Source of the DNA: Antedon mediterranea
Taxonomy: Eukaryota; Animalia; Echinodermata
DNA length: 64,000 nt
Assembly (NCBI RefSeq): GCF_964355755.1
Contig: NC_092677.1
Coordinates: 17,878,101 to 17,942,100, forward strand
Direction of reading: 5' to 3'
Below are positions 63,763 to 64,000 of the stretch, in pieces (positions within the stretch are counted from its first letter, which is position 1; the number at the start of each line of letters is the position of its first letter). The notes under the pieces are model-generated. The model saw nothing but the letters and a program-made list of their open reading frames with translations. It made no database searches and had not been told where the DNA came from. A program made the translations under genes and the position numbers.

Positions 63763-64000
63763 AAATATGTTACTGTTTTAATCAATGTGAATCAAATGTA
63801 AGCCTTGGCTAGGGCTACCTTTTTTTTATTCAAATGACAGGAATCTATTTAGATGTTATATAAAACAAATAATGAATGTTTTATATTCGTGTAATGGTAC
63901 AAAATAATGGCATTTGGTGAATGATGAAAAGTTAAATATCAATTATCTGTGGCTGCGACACGATCAGTTCTACGCGCCTTGGAGAATGCACATAGTACAG

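Noticed and set aside
1-64000. Most 60-126 aa ORFs in the supplied track
   Set aside because: They are F/I/L/K/Y-rich translations typical of AT-rich non-coding DNA, often start at non-ATG codons, and show no recognisable domains.

Overview
AT-rich (roughly 30% GC by eye), gene-poor eukaryotic DNA, most likely from an animal. The repeat families, GT-AG splice signals and TTAGGG telomeric unit are compatible with a marine invertebrate, but I cannot assign the taxon. I recognise no intact protein-coding gene, and almost all ORF-track entries are spurious. The dominant feature is a 3.75-kb Academ DNA transposon (28198-31944; TAG...CTA ends, ATA target-site duplication) that has become an almost complete palindrome. 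Two ~1.8-kb arms each carry a differently broken copy of the XPG/PIN-nuclease + Cys-rich end of the transposase, around a 102-bp spacer. The second highlight is a (TA)n-embedded cluster at 58.2-61.3 kb. It holds a canonical hammerhead ribozyme core, a complete tRNA cloverleaf with an ATC anticodon and T5 terminator inside a 364-bp partial tandem unit, and Penelope-like minimal hammerheads whose stem II covaries with a third copy at 8.8 kb. The window also contains many MITE/HINE/SINE fragments, two higher-order tandem arrays, candidate spliced exons on both strands, a possible decayed nucleotidyltransferase gene, and a strong excess of TA-flanked short motifs such as TAGGCCTA. All family assignments come from motif recognition by eye; no database search was run.
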